Source: Candidatus Omnitrophota bacterium (GTDB lineage: Bacteria; Omnitrophota; Gorgyraeia; 1-14-0-20-64-10). From it: a stretch of DNA of 50,271 bases. The notes under the pieces are model-generated. The model ran no database searches and was not told the origin of the DNA. It was given only the letters and a program-made list of their open reading frames with translations. The translations under genes and the position numbers were made by a program. Shown piece after piece: positions 1 to 8,563 of this stretch (positions within the stretch are counted from its first letter, which is position 1; each line of letters starts with the position of its first letter). The stretch covers positions 1 through 50,271 of the forward strand of contig JAMWCF010000004.1 in the NCBI GenBank assembly GCA_023818695.1. Reading direction: 5' to 3'.

Positions 1-3000
1 TCCAGCTTCACGTTCGTCACCGTCGACGGACTCGTCGTCGTAATCCGAATCGTGTGGCCGCTCGAGGACACCGGCAAATCCGCGTTCGGATTCGGGTACA
101 GGTCCACCGTCACCACCGGCCGGATCGCGAAGTTGTTGTCCGAGGCGTCCCACACCACTGACGGATAGTCCGGGTCCTCCACCTTGATTTTGGCCGTCTC
201 CGTCTTTACATCCGCCACCACCCAGTCGTAGCTCTGCGGCCCGTTGCCGCTGTTGACGATGTTCTGGCCCGCCGGCCCCCCCACCGTCGCCTGACCAATC
301 AACGTCCAGTTCGACCCGCCGTCCGTCGAGTAATACAGGTTCACCGGCTCGACATTCCCCGTTCCGGTCCACGTGATCTGTTTCGTCACCCCCTCATTCC
401 AAATGATGCCGGCCCCGCTGGGAATGTTCACCTGCAGCCGCCCCAGGATCCGGTTGTTCGTGGTGGATGTCGCCACCACCGTGTTTGGATAGTTGGGATC
501 GCGGACCCGGATCTTGAACTGGGAGGTGATGTGATTCGGCGCCGGCGCCCAGTTGTTATAGGTCTGCTCCACCCCGCTGACGCCGGCCGCCACCGTGTCG
601 ATCGACGTCCAGTCGGATCCCCCATTGAGCGAATAGAGCAGCTCCACCTGGCTCCAGGTCCCGGTCGGCGTCCATTTGATGTTCCCCGCCGTCCCCACCT
701 CCCAATCTTCCGATCCGGTCGGGGCTCCCAGCGCCAGTTTCCCGGATATCTCAAAACTGTATTCGGAAACATCATTCACGTTGGGGTTGCCGGTATCCAC
801 GATCTTCACCTTCATCACCTTGCCCAGGATCTGGTCCGGTACCCCTCCCGGCCAGGGGAAACTCAAATCGGCCGGGTTAACGGCAGATCCATTGAGCTGG
901 TTCGGGAAGGTGGAGCCGCTGTTCGTCGAGTAAAAGATGTTGAGCCCGGAAAGGTTTCCGTATTTCGTCCAGGTGATCGAGTACGGCTCTCCCACATGGA
1001 GTTCGATGTTATCCGCGTTGGGGGCTGTCAGAACCACCTGCCCCTTGACGGTGAAGACGGCGTCCGAATCATCATTGACCGTCGAGTCCTGGTTATCCAC
1101 AATCTTGATCTTCGCCTGGTTGCTCGTCTGGATCGCCTCCGAGATGTACCAGGGGAAAGACAGGTCGGCCGCCGCCAGCGCCTCCGCCCCGGCGATCGTG
1201 GTGTAGGTGGGAGTGGTGGAGCTGCCGTCCGGCGCGTACTGGATCTTCACGGTGTGCCCGGCGGTCGCGAAATCTCCTTTCTTCGTCCAGGTGATGTTGT
1301 AGGTGGACCCGACGTCCCACGATTCGGTGCCGAGGGTCGGCGAAGTGAGGGTCAGGTCTCCCTCCAGTTTCGCCAGGCCGCTTCCGGTATTCACCGTGAT
1401 CCCGGTGGACGGATTGTACGCCGGGTCATAGACCCTCACCTTAAGCTGGTTCGATATGACAGCAGGCGTTGGATTCCAGTAATAAGATCCGGAGTTCGGA
1501 ACCGTGTAGGGATTGGTCCCGTTGACGTAGCTCCAAGTCGATCCGCCGTCCGTGGAATACTGGAGGATCACGTTCGAGATGCCGGTGGCCGTTCCCGGAT
1601 CCCAGTTTATGGAGTAGGTGCTCTCCGCCGTCACCGTGTGTCCGTTTTCCGGCTGCAGGATATCGAAGACGCCGACCAGGTGGAAGTCGGTCGAGGCATC
1701 CTGGATCACCAGCGCGTATCCCTCCGAGTTCGCGTCGGTCACCTTCACCCTGGCCGTCTGCGTCACCGCATCCGGCATCTCCGTCCATACATGGGAATAG
1801 GTACCGGGAACCGCGTGGGATTTTGTCGTCACCAGACTGTAGGTCGAACCGCTGTTGGAAGAGTAGTAGATCTTGACCGAGGTGATCGAACCGGTGGTCT
1901 GGTAGGTGATGTTCCGGTTCTTCGGGCTTACGCCCCAGTACTCCCCGCCGACCGGGGACTGCAAGTCGATGCCGCCGACGATGTGGAAGACCCCGGAATT
2001 CCCGTAAACGTTCGGGTTGCCGGTGACCGGTGTTGCGTCCGTGACCCGGACGACGGCGTTCTGGGTGATCTGGTCCGGCACGTAGGGGGCCGGCCAGGTG
2101 TAGGTGGTGCCGGAGGCGTTGGCCACGCCGCTTTCGATCGTCACGAAGGTGCCCCCGTTGACGCTGTAGGCGAGGTCGACGTTGGTGATTTTCGTGCCGG
2201 TCCTGCTCCAGCGGATCGCAGCACTTTGGCTCCCAACCGTCAGGTCCGCGCCCGCCGCCGGCTGCGTCACGGTGATGACAGGTCGGATTTTGAACTGGGA
2301 AGAGATCAACTGGGTCGCCGGTTTGTTCACATCGGTCAGCCGGATATAGCAGTCGTCGCTGTTCTCATCCGCCACCCCGGCGCTCCAGGGATAGGTGTTG
2401 CCGCCGCTGGAATTGTCGAAATTGCTGACGATCGTGGTGTAAGAGCCGGCCGCAGAGGTCTTGTACTCGATCTTGACGTTGGTGATGGCACCCGTGGTGG
2501 TCCAGGTGATCGATTTGCTGGTGTCTCCCACGTTCCAGATCTCACCAAACGCGGGGGAGGTAATCGTGTTGAAGGCCGGTTTCACCTCGAAGATATTATC
2601 CGACACGTCGAAGATGTTGCCCGCATAGGCATCGGTCCCTGTCTGGATCTTAACCTTGACGTCGGTGTCGATCGCCGCGGCCGGAATCGTCCAGAGATAG
2701 GGGCTGCTGTTGGTGATGGCGGTGCTTTCGATCACGCCCGGGTAGGTGCTCCCGCCGTCCGTGCTGTAATAGAGTTTCACCGTGGAGACCGGCCCGTCGG
2801 TGGTCCAGCTGATATTCTGCGACGTGCCGGCCGACCAGACCTGCGTCCCATCGGACGGGACAAGGATGACCAGTCGGGAAACCATCGTGAAAGGGTCGGT
2901 GGAGACTACCCCCTGCGAGGGATCGGCGCTTAAGCGGAGCTTGATTTTCATTTGCGTGTTCTGCTCGGTCGATATCGCGTTGCCCGGAATCAGCCAGTCG

Positions 3001-6000
3001 TACTGTCCCAGGGAAGAGGCCACGCCGTCCTGCACCGTTCCCAGGTAGGTCGAACCGCCGTCTGTCGAGTATTTGATGTCGATGTTCCCCATTGAGGCCC
3101 CGACGCGGGTCCAGGTGATCTGCTCCGTGGTCCCCATCTTCCAGTTGTTCGGGTAGGGGGCGGTGGCAGGGTAGGTGAGGGTCAGTTTCTGAATCTTGAA
3201 GGAGCCGGAGACCCCTGCCACGCCGCCGGCAGACGGGTCACTGTCATCCGGATCGGACACTTTGATTTTGCAGGTCTCCGAGGTCTGATCTGTAACCGGC
3301 CAGTCGAAGAAGCTCACCGTGTCCGGGTTCAGCCCCGTGGTGATGGAAATCGGGTAATCGTTGCCGGCGCCGCCGTTGGTCTTGGAGAGGTCGATATTCA
3401 AGTTGCCGTACGTCGCCTGGGTGACGCCGGCGACAGTCCAGCTGATCCTCTTGGTCGATCCGACAAGCCATGTCTCCCCGGCGATGGGAGCGTCGACCAC
3501 GATGTCTCCCTTGATCTTGAAGATGCCGGACTCCCCGTAAACGTTGGCCGGATCGGAACCGACGCCGGTCTCTTCCACTCGAACCTTCACGTTGTTGCTC
3601 ACCGAAGGGGGCGTATCCCAGCTCAAGGAGCCCTGGTCGGCATCCACGCTGGCGCCGCCAGGCACCTCGGTCCAGGTGCCGCCGTTTATGCTGTAAAGAA
3701 TCTTGACCTGGTCCAGGGCGGCGGCCGGGTCCACCACCCAGGTGATTGGATAAACGGTATCAACCCGCCGGATATCGTTGGTCACCGGGGAGGTGACGGT
3801 GATGGAGGGAACGATTTCAAAGGTTTCATCCTGGCCCACCAGGTCGGGGCCGGTGTCCATGTTGTCATGGTCGACCGTTTCCCAGATCCGTATTTTCCCC
3901 GCCGTGGTGGGGGTCGTGCCGGCCGGGATCAGCCAGGCGTAGGTCCTGTTGGCTGCTGTGCCGGCGTCATAATCGGTGACGATCGCCGGATCGACCCAGG
4001 AAACACCGGTGGTCCGGGAGTAATAGATGTCGACGTTGCCAACCTGCCCGTCTACCGTCCAATCGATGTTGTAGGCCTTCCCCGTGGCCCACACATCGGT
4101 GACAGCCGGCGAGGTGATGGTGATCGTCGGACGGATCTCAAAATCGCCATTCGATGCATCTTGGACGGTGTCCACCGTCAACCCGGACCCTTCGTGCTTG
4201 ACCCGGATCCTCATCGTCTCGCCGGTGTAGTCAGGCGCAATGGTCCAGCTCTTGGTGCCCGCCGTGCCGCTGACGCCGGTGAAGAGGGCCGTTCCCAACC
4301 AGCTCGAGCCGCTGTCGATGGAAAGCTCGATCTTGACGGTACCGATGTTGCCGGTGTGGTTCCACTCGATATCGTGGGTGGTGCCGACGTTCCAAATCTC
4401 GCTGCCGTTCGGGGCCGTCACCGTGACCGACCCTAGGATCACGAATGGGCCGTTGGAGACATCGAAGTTCCGACTACTGGTGGAGATGCTGGGGTCTGAG
4501 ATCTTGATCTTGCAGTTGCTGGAGATGATGCTGTCGTTGCCGCTGCCCATGGTGGCCGGGATGTTCCAGGCGTATTGCCCGGCGTCGGCCTGAATGTTCG
4601 CGGTGGTGTCCACAATCATGTAGGGGAAGGTCGAACCGCCGTCTGTGGAGAGCTCAATCCGAATGTTGTCGTCCTTGATATTGTGAGCCCAGTTCCAGGT
4701 GATCATGTGGGTGCCAGCCCCCGGCTGGTCGATCGCCCATATCTCAACGTCGTCCACCTCCTGGAAAATGCCGTCTCCGTCCAGGTCCCCGTTGGGGCCG
4801 GTGATATTCAGCGGGGGGAACTCCCCGACCCAATAGCTGGTGGTAACTGTCGACGTCGCCGCAGTTTCGCGAGTCAATACCAAGCTTTGCGCGCCGGAGA
4901 GCTGCCCTCTGACCATGATCTCATCCAGGCCGTTCTGGTCACTCGTGTTGCCCGCCGTAGAGATAAAAGCGAAAGAACGGTTAAGATCAATGGTGTTCCC
5001 CAAACTGATGGTCGATGCCGTCCCGGTAAAGGAGCCCGTCCCTTTTTGCGAAAAAACCTCGTTTTTGAACTCCAGGAGCTGCCAAACGACGTTTGTCGCA
5101 TTGGTGGTGCCGTACCGGGTGAATGTCAGATTATTCACCGTGTTTCCTGTGCCGGTCATGGTGGCATAGACGCTGTACCGGTTCTCGCGGCCGGCGGCGG
5201 AGGAGGTCGGCCGCCTCTGGACAAAAAGCATCGATTTGTCCCCCTTCACAGCGTTGTAGCCGCCGCTGGTCAAGCTCACCGAGGCTTGGGTGGCACCGTT
5301 GGCGATCTGCGTCACCCCCTGCTGGATGTCCACATCGGTGTCGAACTCGATCACCTGGTAAGAGATATCGTTGTTATAGGTGGAAGTGGCCTCGCCTCTC
5401 TCAATCAGCAGAGACTGGGTGGTTGGCTCCGCCCCGGTCAGGCGGGCCGCGTATTGGTTGAACTCGTCGCCGGTTGTGCTGTTGGCCAGCGATTTCCAGC
5501 TGATGATCGGGAAGGAGCGGTCCAGCACGACGGAGGATGGCAGGGTGATCGTCTTGGAGGTGGTTGTCTCCGAAAAGACGCTGAACCCCGTTATCACATT
5601 GACCCCGGAATCAAACTCCACCACCATCCAATCGATGGTTATCGCCACCGAGGACACCTGTCGCGCAAATTGGATAGCGGTGGGGTCATCGATCATAGCC
5701 ATGACGTCCTGCCTTCTTCGGTCATTATCGTTGCAGGAAGCGGTGGCGATGATGAACGTCTTGTTGAGATCCAGATTGACCCCTCCCAACTGGCCCGACA
5801 AGCTCACGACCAGGTTTTCCTGGGAAGTACTCATCGTGGTGGTCCCGCGCAGGACCCTCTTGATCTGGAAGGCGGCCGCCTTCGGCGCGTCAATCCCCTC
5901 CAGGAGCGCTTTCAGAGGCCGGGGGGCGGAAGGTGGAATCGGCAGGGGGACACCAATCACCGCCATCATCAGGACCAGCAGGTGGACAAGCGTCTTGAAC

Positions 6001-6017
6001 CAGAGGGTCCCTTTCAT
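1..6017 (-). CDS. Giant secreted surface/adhesin-like protein (>2005 aa, 3' end outside window): signal peptide, four ~88-aa 'W-x-V-x-E-F' repeats, then ~15-16 tandem ~100-aa Ser/Thr-rich Ig-like repeats
   Basis: ATG at 6017 overlaps the upstream TGA (ATGA). Translation begins MKGTLWFKTLVHLLVLMMAVIGVPLP. The same frame gives coherent protein at the points checked (4430: SVTVTAPNGSEIWNVG; window start: GHTIRITTTSPSTVTNVKL). A YSTDGGSTW/Y-type motif recurs about every 300 bp. It is absent from the ORF track, consistent with no stop codon inside the window. Confidence 0.9.
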   Translation of the reverse strand, partial: MKGTLWFKTLVHLLVLMMAVIGVPLPIPPSAPRPLKALLEGIDAPKAAAFQIKRVLRGTTTMSTSQENLVVSLSGQLGGVNLDLNKTFIIATASCNDNDRRRQDVMAMIDDPTAIQFARQVSSVAITIDWMVVEFDSGVNVITGFSVFSETTTSKTITLPSSVVLDRSFPIISWKSLANSTTGDEFNQYAARLTGAEPTTQSLLIERGEATSTYNNDISYQVIEFDTDVDIQQGVTQIANGATQASVSLTSGGYNAVKGDKSMLFVQRRPTSSAAGRENRYSVYATMTGTGNTVNNLTFTRYGTTNATNVVWQLLEFKNEVFSQKGTGSFTGTASTISLGNTIDLNRSFAFISTAGNTSDQNGLDEIMVRGQLSGAQSLVLTRETAATSTVTTSYWVGEFPPLNITGPNGDLDGDGIFQEVDDVEIWAIDQPGAGTHMITWNWAHNIKDDNIRIELSTDGGSTFPYMIVDTTANIQADAGQYAWNIPATMGSGNDSIISSNCKIKISDPSISTSSRNFDVSNGPFVILGSVTVTAPNGSEIWNVGTTHDIEWNHTGNIGTVKIELSIDSGSSWLGTALFTGVSGTAGTKSWTIAPDYTGETMRIRVKHEGSGLTVDTVQDASNGDFEIRPTITITSPAVTDVWATGKAYNIDWTVDGQVGNVDIYYSRTTGVSWVDPAIVTDYDAGTAANRTYAWLIPAGTTPTTAGKIRIWETVDHDNMDTGPDLVGQDETFEIVPSITVTSPVTNDIRRVDTVYPITWVVDPAAALDQVKILYSINGGTWTEVPGGASVDADQGSLSWDTPPSVSNNVKVRVEETGVGSDPANVYGESGIFKIKGDIVVDAPIAGETWLVGSTKRISWTVAGVTQATYGNLNIDLSKTNGGAGNDYPISITTGLNPDTVSFFDWPVTDQTSETCKIKVSDPDDSDPSAGGVAGVSGSFKIQKLTLTYPATAPYPNNWKMGTTEQITWTRVGASMGNIDIKYSTDGGSTYLGTVQDGVASSLGQYDWLIPGNAISTEQNTQMKIKLRLSADPSQGVVSTDPFTMVSRLVILVPSDGTQVWSAGTSQNISWTTDGPVSTVKLYYSTDGGSTYPGVIESTAITNSSPYLWTIPAAAIDTDVKVKIQTGTDAYAGNIFDVSDNIFEVKPAFNTITSPAFGEIWNVGDTSKSITWTTTGAITNVKIEYKTSAAGSYTTIVSNFDNSSGGNTYPWSAGVADENSDDCYIRLTDVNKPATQLISSQFKIRPVITVTQPAAGADLTVGSQSAAIRWSRTGTKITNVDLAYSVNGGTFVTIESGVANASGTTYTWPAPYVPDQITQNAVVRVTDATPVTGNPNVYGNSGVFHIVGGIDLQSPVGGEYWGVSPKNRNITYQTTGSITSVKIYYSSNSGSTYSLVTTKSHAVPGTYSHVWTEMPDAVTQTARVKVTDANSEGYALVIQDASTDFHLVGVFDILQPENGHTVTAESTYSINWDPGTATGISNVILQYSTDGGSTWSYVNGTNPYTVPNSGSYYWNPTPAVISNQLKVRVYDPAYNPSTGITVNTGSGLAKLEGDLTLTSPTLGTESWDVGSTYNITWTKKGDFATAGHTVKIQYAPDGSSTTPTYTTIAGAEALAAADLSFPWYISEAIQTSNQAKIKIVDNQDSTVNDDSDAVFTVKGQVVLTAPNADNIELHVGEPYSITWTKYGNLSGLNIFYSTNSGSTFPNQLNGSAVNPADLSFPWPGGVPDQILGKVMKVKIVDTGNPNVNDVSEYSFEISGKLALGAPTGSEDWEVGTAGNIKWTPTGTWSQVELLYSLNGGSDWTSIDTVAAGVSGVEQTYNNWAPAPNHITSQFKIRVRDPNYPNTVVATSTTNNRILGRLQVNIPSGAGIIWNEGVTKQITWTGTGNVEPVNLYYSTDGGSNWTLIGQATVGGPAGQNIVNSGNGPQSYDWVVADVKTETAKIKVEDPDYPSVVWDASDNNFAIRPVVTVDLYPNPNADLPVSSSGHTIRITTTSPSTVTNVKL

Positions 6018-6424
6018 GGCGCGGTCTGCTCCCTGGAGCTGTAGGCCCCTTTCAACGTCTGCTTGACGAGACCAATCTGAACGGCGGCTGTTTTCGTGAC
6101 GATCCGGGTCCCCTCCCGGTCGAGCCGGTAAGCCTGCTTGTACTTCACCTCGACGGTGTCTCCCCGCTGCAGTTCGGCCAAAGACTTCAGGGGGGATTTC
6201 AGCTTCGTTTCACTCGTGATGGGAATCAGCATCTCCTCCGCCTGGCCCTTGGACCTGGAAAACTCGACGCTGATCGACCGCTTGCCAACATGGACCAGCT
6301 GGCCGATGACCTCCCGCAGATCGGTCTTCTCATCTTCTACGGCGAATTCAGCTCGCGCGCCGACCGGACAGGACAAGGCCGACAGAAGAACGAAAGCAAG
6401 CAGAAAGACGGTCGGTATTCTCAT
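6014..6424 (-). CDS. Small secreted hypothetical protein, probably OB-fold-like beta protein
   Basis: 136-aa ORF with a signal peptide (MRIPTVFLLAFVLLSALSCPVGARA) and the motif SLAELQRGDTVEVKY. It overlaps both neighbours. Confidence 0.75.
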   Translation of the reverse strand: MRIPTVFLLAFVLLSALSCPVGARAEFAVEDEKTDLREVIGQLVHVGKRSISVEFSRSKGQAEEMLIPITSETKLKSPLKSLAELQRGDTVEVKYKQAYRLDREGTRIVTKTAAVQIGLVKQTLKGAYSSREQTAP

Positions 6425-7746
6425 CAGAGCGTCCTCCGGGGGCTGTCAGACGGCTGGACCCCGATGAAAACGAAATCCTGCGGCGGCCCCTCTTTCGGGT
6501 GCCGGCTGCAGATCCCTCTCATCTCGCCGCCCCGCAGCTCCCCTCTCCAGAAGACAACCTCCTCCTTGGGCCCTTCCTGCATCGTCTCCCATCGCAGGGT
6601 GCCGTCCGCGTGAAGCACGGAGGTGTAATTGGACCCTTCAAACCCCCGGCCGGAAAGGTGCGAAGAAACCATGGTTCTGCCGTCAAAACGCAGGGTATCC
6701 ATCTCCAGCTCCGGATTCCCGGAGGCGTACATCGGCTTCATCTGAATTTCCCAGCGGGTGCCGGCCAGCTCCGGCGAAGAAACGAAAGAGGCGGAGCGGA
6801 CTTCCGGATTCGATGACACGGCGATCTCCTGCCGAGCAATCGCCGGCCCCTTTGAGATGCGCGGCTCCCCGCCGCCGACCGAGGCGGTCTTTTGCGCCGG
6901 CTGCGGTGCGGGAAGGCCCACCCCGGGACCGACGTTCACCAGACCGGCGGTATTCAGCGAAATCCAGGCGGTCAACACAAGCGCCACGCTGGCCATCGTG
7001 AGGGAAAAACGCTTGTCCAGATCTTTCTCAAGGGCGGTCAACGCGACAACCGGTCCTCCGGGCGTTGACGCTTTCGCGGCCTCCGGAGAGGGAAGATCCT
7101 GCGCTTGTTCCCGGACGGAATCCACGAAAGCGGCCGGGCCAACCACCGGTCTGCTCAAAAGCTTTTCCCGGCGGAGCCACTCCTGCTCCGGGATCGAAAC
7201 CAGGTAATCTTCATAGGTCATGCCGGAATGGGCGGACTGCATGTGATACAGCAGCTCCCCGGCTTCAGCGGAGAGGTCCAAATGGGAGAGAATCCCCTTG
7301 CCCTCCTCCAGATAGCTTGGCAGACTGCTGAACCGGTAAGAGGAAGGCCTCTCGGCCAGCCCCTTTCGGACAGGCAAAGCATGGATGTAATCGACCAGCG
7401 CGGAAAGGGAGCTTTTCTTCTCCACCACAGACGCCTTGTACCTCCCCTTGAAGAGATGGCCGGTGAAATCGTGGCGTTTGCGGAACAGCTTGGTGTAGCG
7501 GGAATTCAAGGCATGCATCAGATCGGAGACGGTGGTGCCGCGGGCCACCTCCAGAACAAGGTGGATCTGGTCCGGAAGCAGGAGATAGCCGTACAGCTTG
7601 AAGTCGTACTGGCCGCGGTAGCCATCCAGAAGTTCCTGGAAGGTCCGGAAATCGGCTTCATCCTTGAAGAGGAAGCCGTGGGCCCCTGCCTGACAGGTCA
7701 CGTAATAGAGAACCCCTTCCATATGGATCCGCAGGGGTCTAGGCAT
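6424..7746 (-). CDS. RAYT/IS200-like (Y1 HUH) transposase domain with degenerate active site, fused to a TM helix and a C-terminal extracytoplasmic beta domain (440 aa)
   Basis: The N-terminus MPRPLRI..GVLYYVT..YGYLLLPDQIHLVLE..LNSRYT..GHLFKGRYKASVVE..DYIHALPVRKGL..YRFSSLPSY follows the RAYT pattern. It is followed by hydrophobic FSLTMASVALVLTAWISL and a domain shared with 23292-23924. Start placed at ATG 7746 (purine-rich RBS) rather than 7932. Confidence 0.85.
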   Translation of the reverse strand: MPRPLRIHMEGVLYYVTCQAGAHGFLFKDEADFRTFQELLDGYRGQYDFKLYGYLLLPDQIHLVLEVARGTTVSDLMHALNSRYTKLFRKRHDFTGHLFKGRYKASVVEKKSSLSALVDYIHALPVRKGLAERPSSYRFSSLPSYLEEGKGILSHLDLSAEAGELLYHMQSAHSGMTYEDYLVSIPEQEWLRREKLLSRPVVGPAAFVDSVREQAQDLPSPEAAKASTPGGPVVALTALEKDLDKRFSLTMASVALVLTAWISLNTAGLVNVGPGVGLPAPQPAQKTASVGGGEPRISKGPAIARQEIAVSSNPEVRSASFVSSPELAGTRWEIQMKPMYASGNPELEMDTLRFDGRTMVSSHLSGRGFEGSNYTSVLHADGTLRWETMQEGPKEEVVFWRGELRGGEMRGICSRHPKEGPPQDFVFIGVQPSDSPRRTL

Positions 7747-7808
7747 GGGGGATCCCCCCCTCGGACAGGGAAACCGGCTGGCGGGAGTAGGAGCGGATGA
7801 GCGGCCCG

Positions 7809-7863
7809 GGTGCCTGGCACCGGCGCTCGGGTGCCCAGCACCTGCCCAGGAGTGCCTGGCACT
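7809..7863. repeat. Three 13-bp REP-like palindromes with exact 21-bp periodicity
   Basis: GGTGCCTGGCACC (7809-7821), GGTGCCCAGCACC (7830-7842), AGTGCCTGGCACT (7851-7863). Confidence 0.85.
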
Positions 7864-7876
7864 TGAGCACGAAAAC

Positions 7877-7900
7877 AAAAAAAAGAGCGGCTTCCACCGC
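7877..7900 (-). terminator. Putative intrinsic terminator (riboswitch expression platform)
   Basis: The minus strand reads GCGGT-GGAA-GCCGC followed by TCTTTTTTTT: a short stem with a GNRA loop and U-tract, about 75 nt downstream of the aptamer. Confidence 0.55.
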
Positions 7901-7971
7901 ACGATCGATCGCTTTGGCCGCCTGCCGGCCAAGGCGCTTCACCCAATTGTGCCCTTCTTCTGTTTTCGTCA

Positions 7972-8055
7972 TCACTGGCAACCCGGCGGCCCAACCATCC
8001 TCGGGCCCGTAGTTTTGCGCCCCCGCCTTTCGGCGGGTTTGCCTTTTTCAGTGCT
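7972..8055 (-). ncRNA. c-di-GMP-I (GEMM-I) riboswitch
   Basis: The minus strand reads CACTGAAAAAGGCAAACCCGCCGAAAGGCGGGGGCGCAAAACTACGGGCCCGAGGATGGTTGGGCCGCCGGGTTGCCAGTG. It has GGCAAACC, a P2 stem with GAAA tetraloop, CGCAAA, a P3 ending GCCGGGTTGCC, and P1 CACTG/CAGTG. Confidence 0.85.
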
Positions 8056-8073
8056 GTGGTGCTTCTAAAGGAA

Positions 8074-8103
8074 AAGGTACCTGATTTTTCAAGCCCCTGT
8101 CAA
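8074..8103 (-). promoter_or_regulatory. Putative sigma70 promoter for the riboswitch/RAYT-fusion/adhesin operon
   Basis: TTGACA (8103-8098), 18-nt spacer, TACCTT (8079-8074), directly upstream of the aptamer. Confidence 0.55.
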
Positions 8104-8236
8104 CCCAGGCGGCAGATTATTACAACCCCTTCCATGCCAAAGAATTATATTCTTGCAAAAGGTGCATTTTAAACCTTAGTTTGTCATCTGCTTTCTCCTG
8201 CGGCAGGATTTTGCATGGAAATAGGTATCCCCCTAT

Positions 8237-8563
8237 GTGAATCAAGAGATCGAACCCCTGGTCCGGTCACCGGTTACCATTGAATTCCTGGATGTGGCCG
8301 AATCGGCCTGTTTTCCAAGCGGCATCTCCCAGCATTACGTGCTGCAGGTCGACATCGCGCTGACGACGAGCCCACGCTACCACTACACCGCTCAAAAACT
8401 GCTGGTCCTGCGCAAAAGAACCGGGAAGACGGAATACGTGGAAGACGAGAGGGCGATTCCTGATTTCTTCGATTCGGACACATACCGGCGCTTGAAGGAA
8501 CGGCTCCTGCAGCTCTTCCAGGAAGCGGCGCAGCCCTCTCCCGCCTCCGATCCTGCCGGTTAA
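8237..8563 (+). CDS. Hypothetical protein (108 aa)
   Basis: GTG-start ORF with globular composition. It fills the gap between the AT-rich promoter region and the convergent TMTC-like gene, whose stop it overlaps. Confidence 0.55.
   Translation: MNQEIEPLVRSPVTIEFLDVAESACFPSGISQHYVLQVDIALTTSPRYHYTAQKLLVLRKRTGKTEYVEDERAIPDFFDSDTYRRLKERLLQLFQEAAQPSPASDPAG

Noticed and set aside
531-6066. Long plus-strand ORFs (531-2933, 800 aa; 4575-6044, 489 aa; others)
   Set aside because: They are antisense shadows of the giant minus-strand gene: Arg/Gly/Val-rich, no motifs, and expected from high-GC codon bias.
7809-7863. CRISPR array
   Set aside because: Repeats are 13 bp with 8-bp spacers, far too short, and there are no cas genes in the window.
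6424-7932. Active IS200/IS605 or RAYT mobile element, and the 502-aa start at 7932
   Set aside because: The HUH motif is degenerate, there is no tnpB, and the gene is fused to a TM domain and coupled into an operon. The extra N-terminal 62 codons run through the terminator and palindromes.
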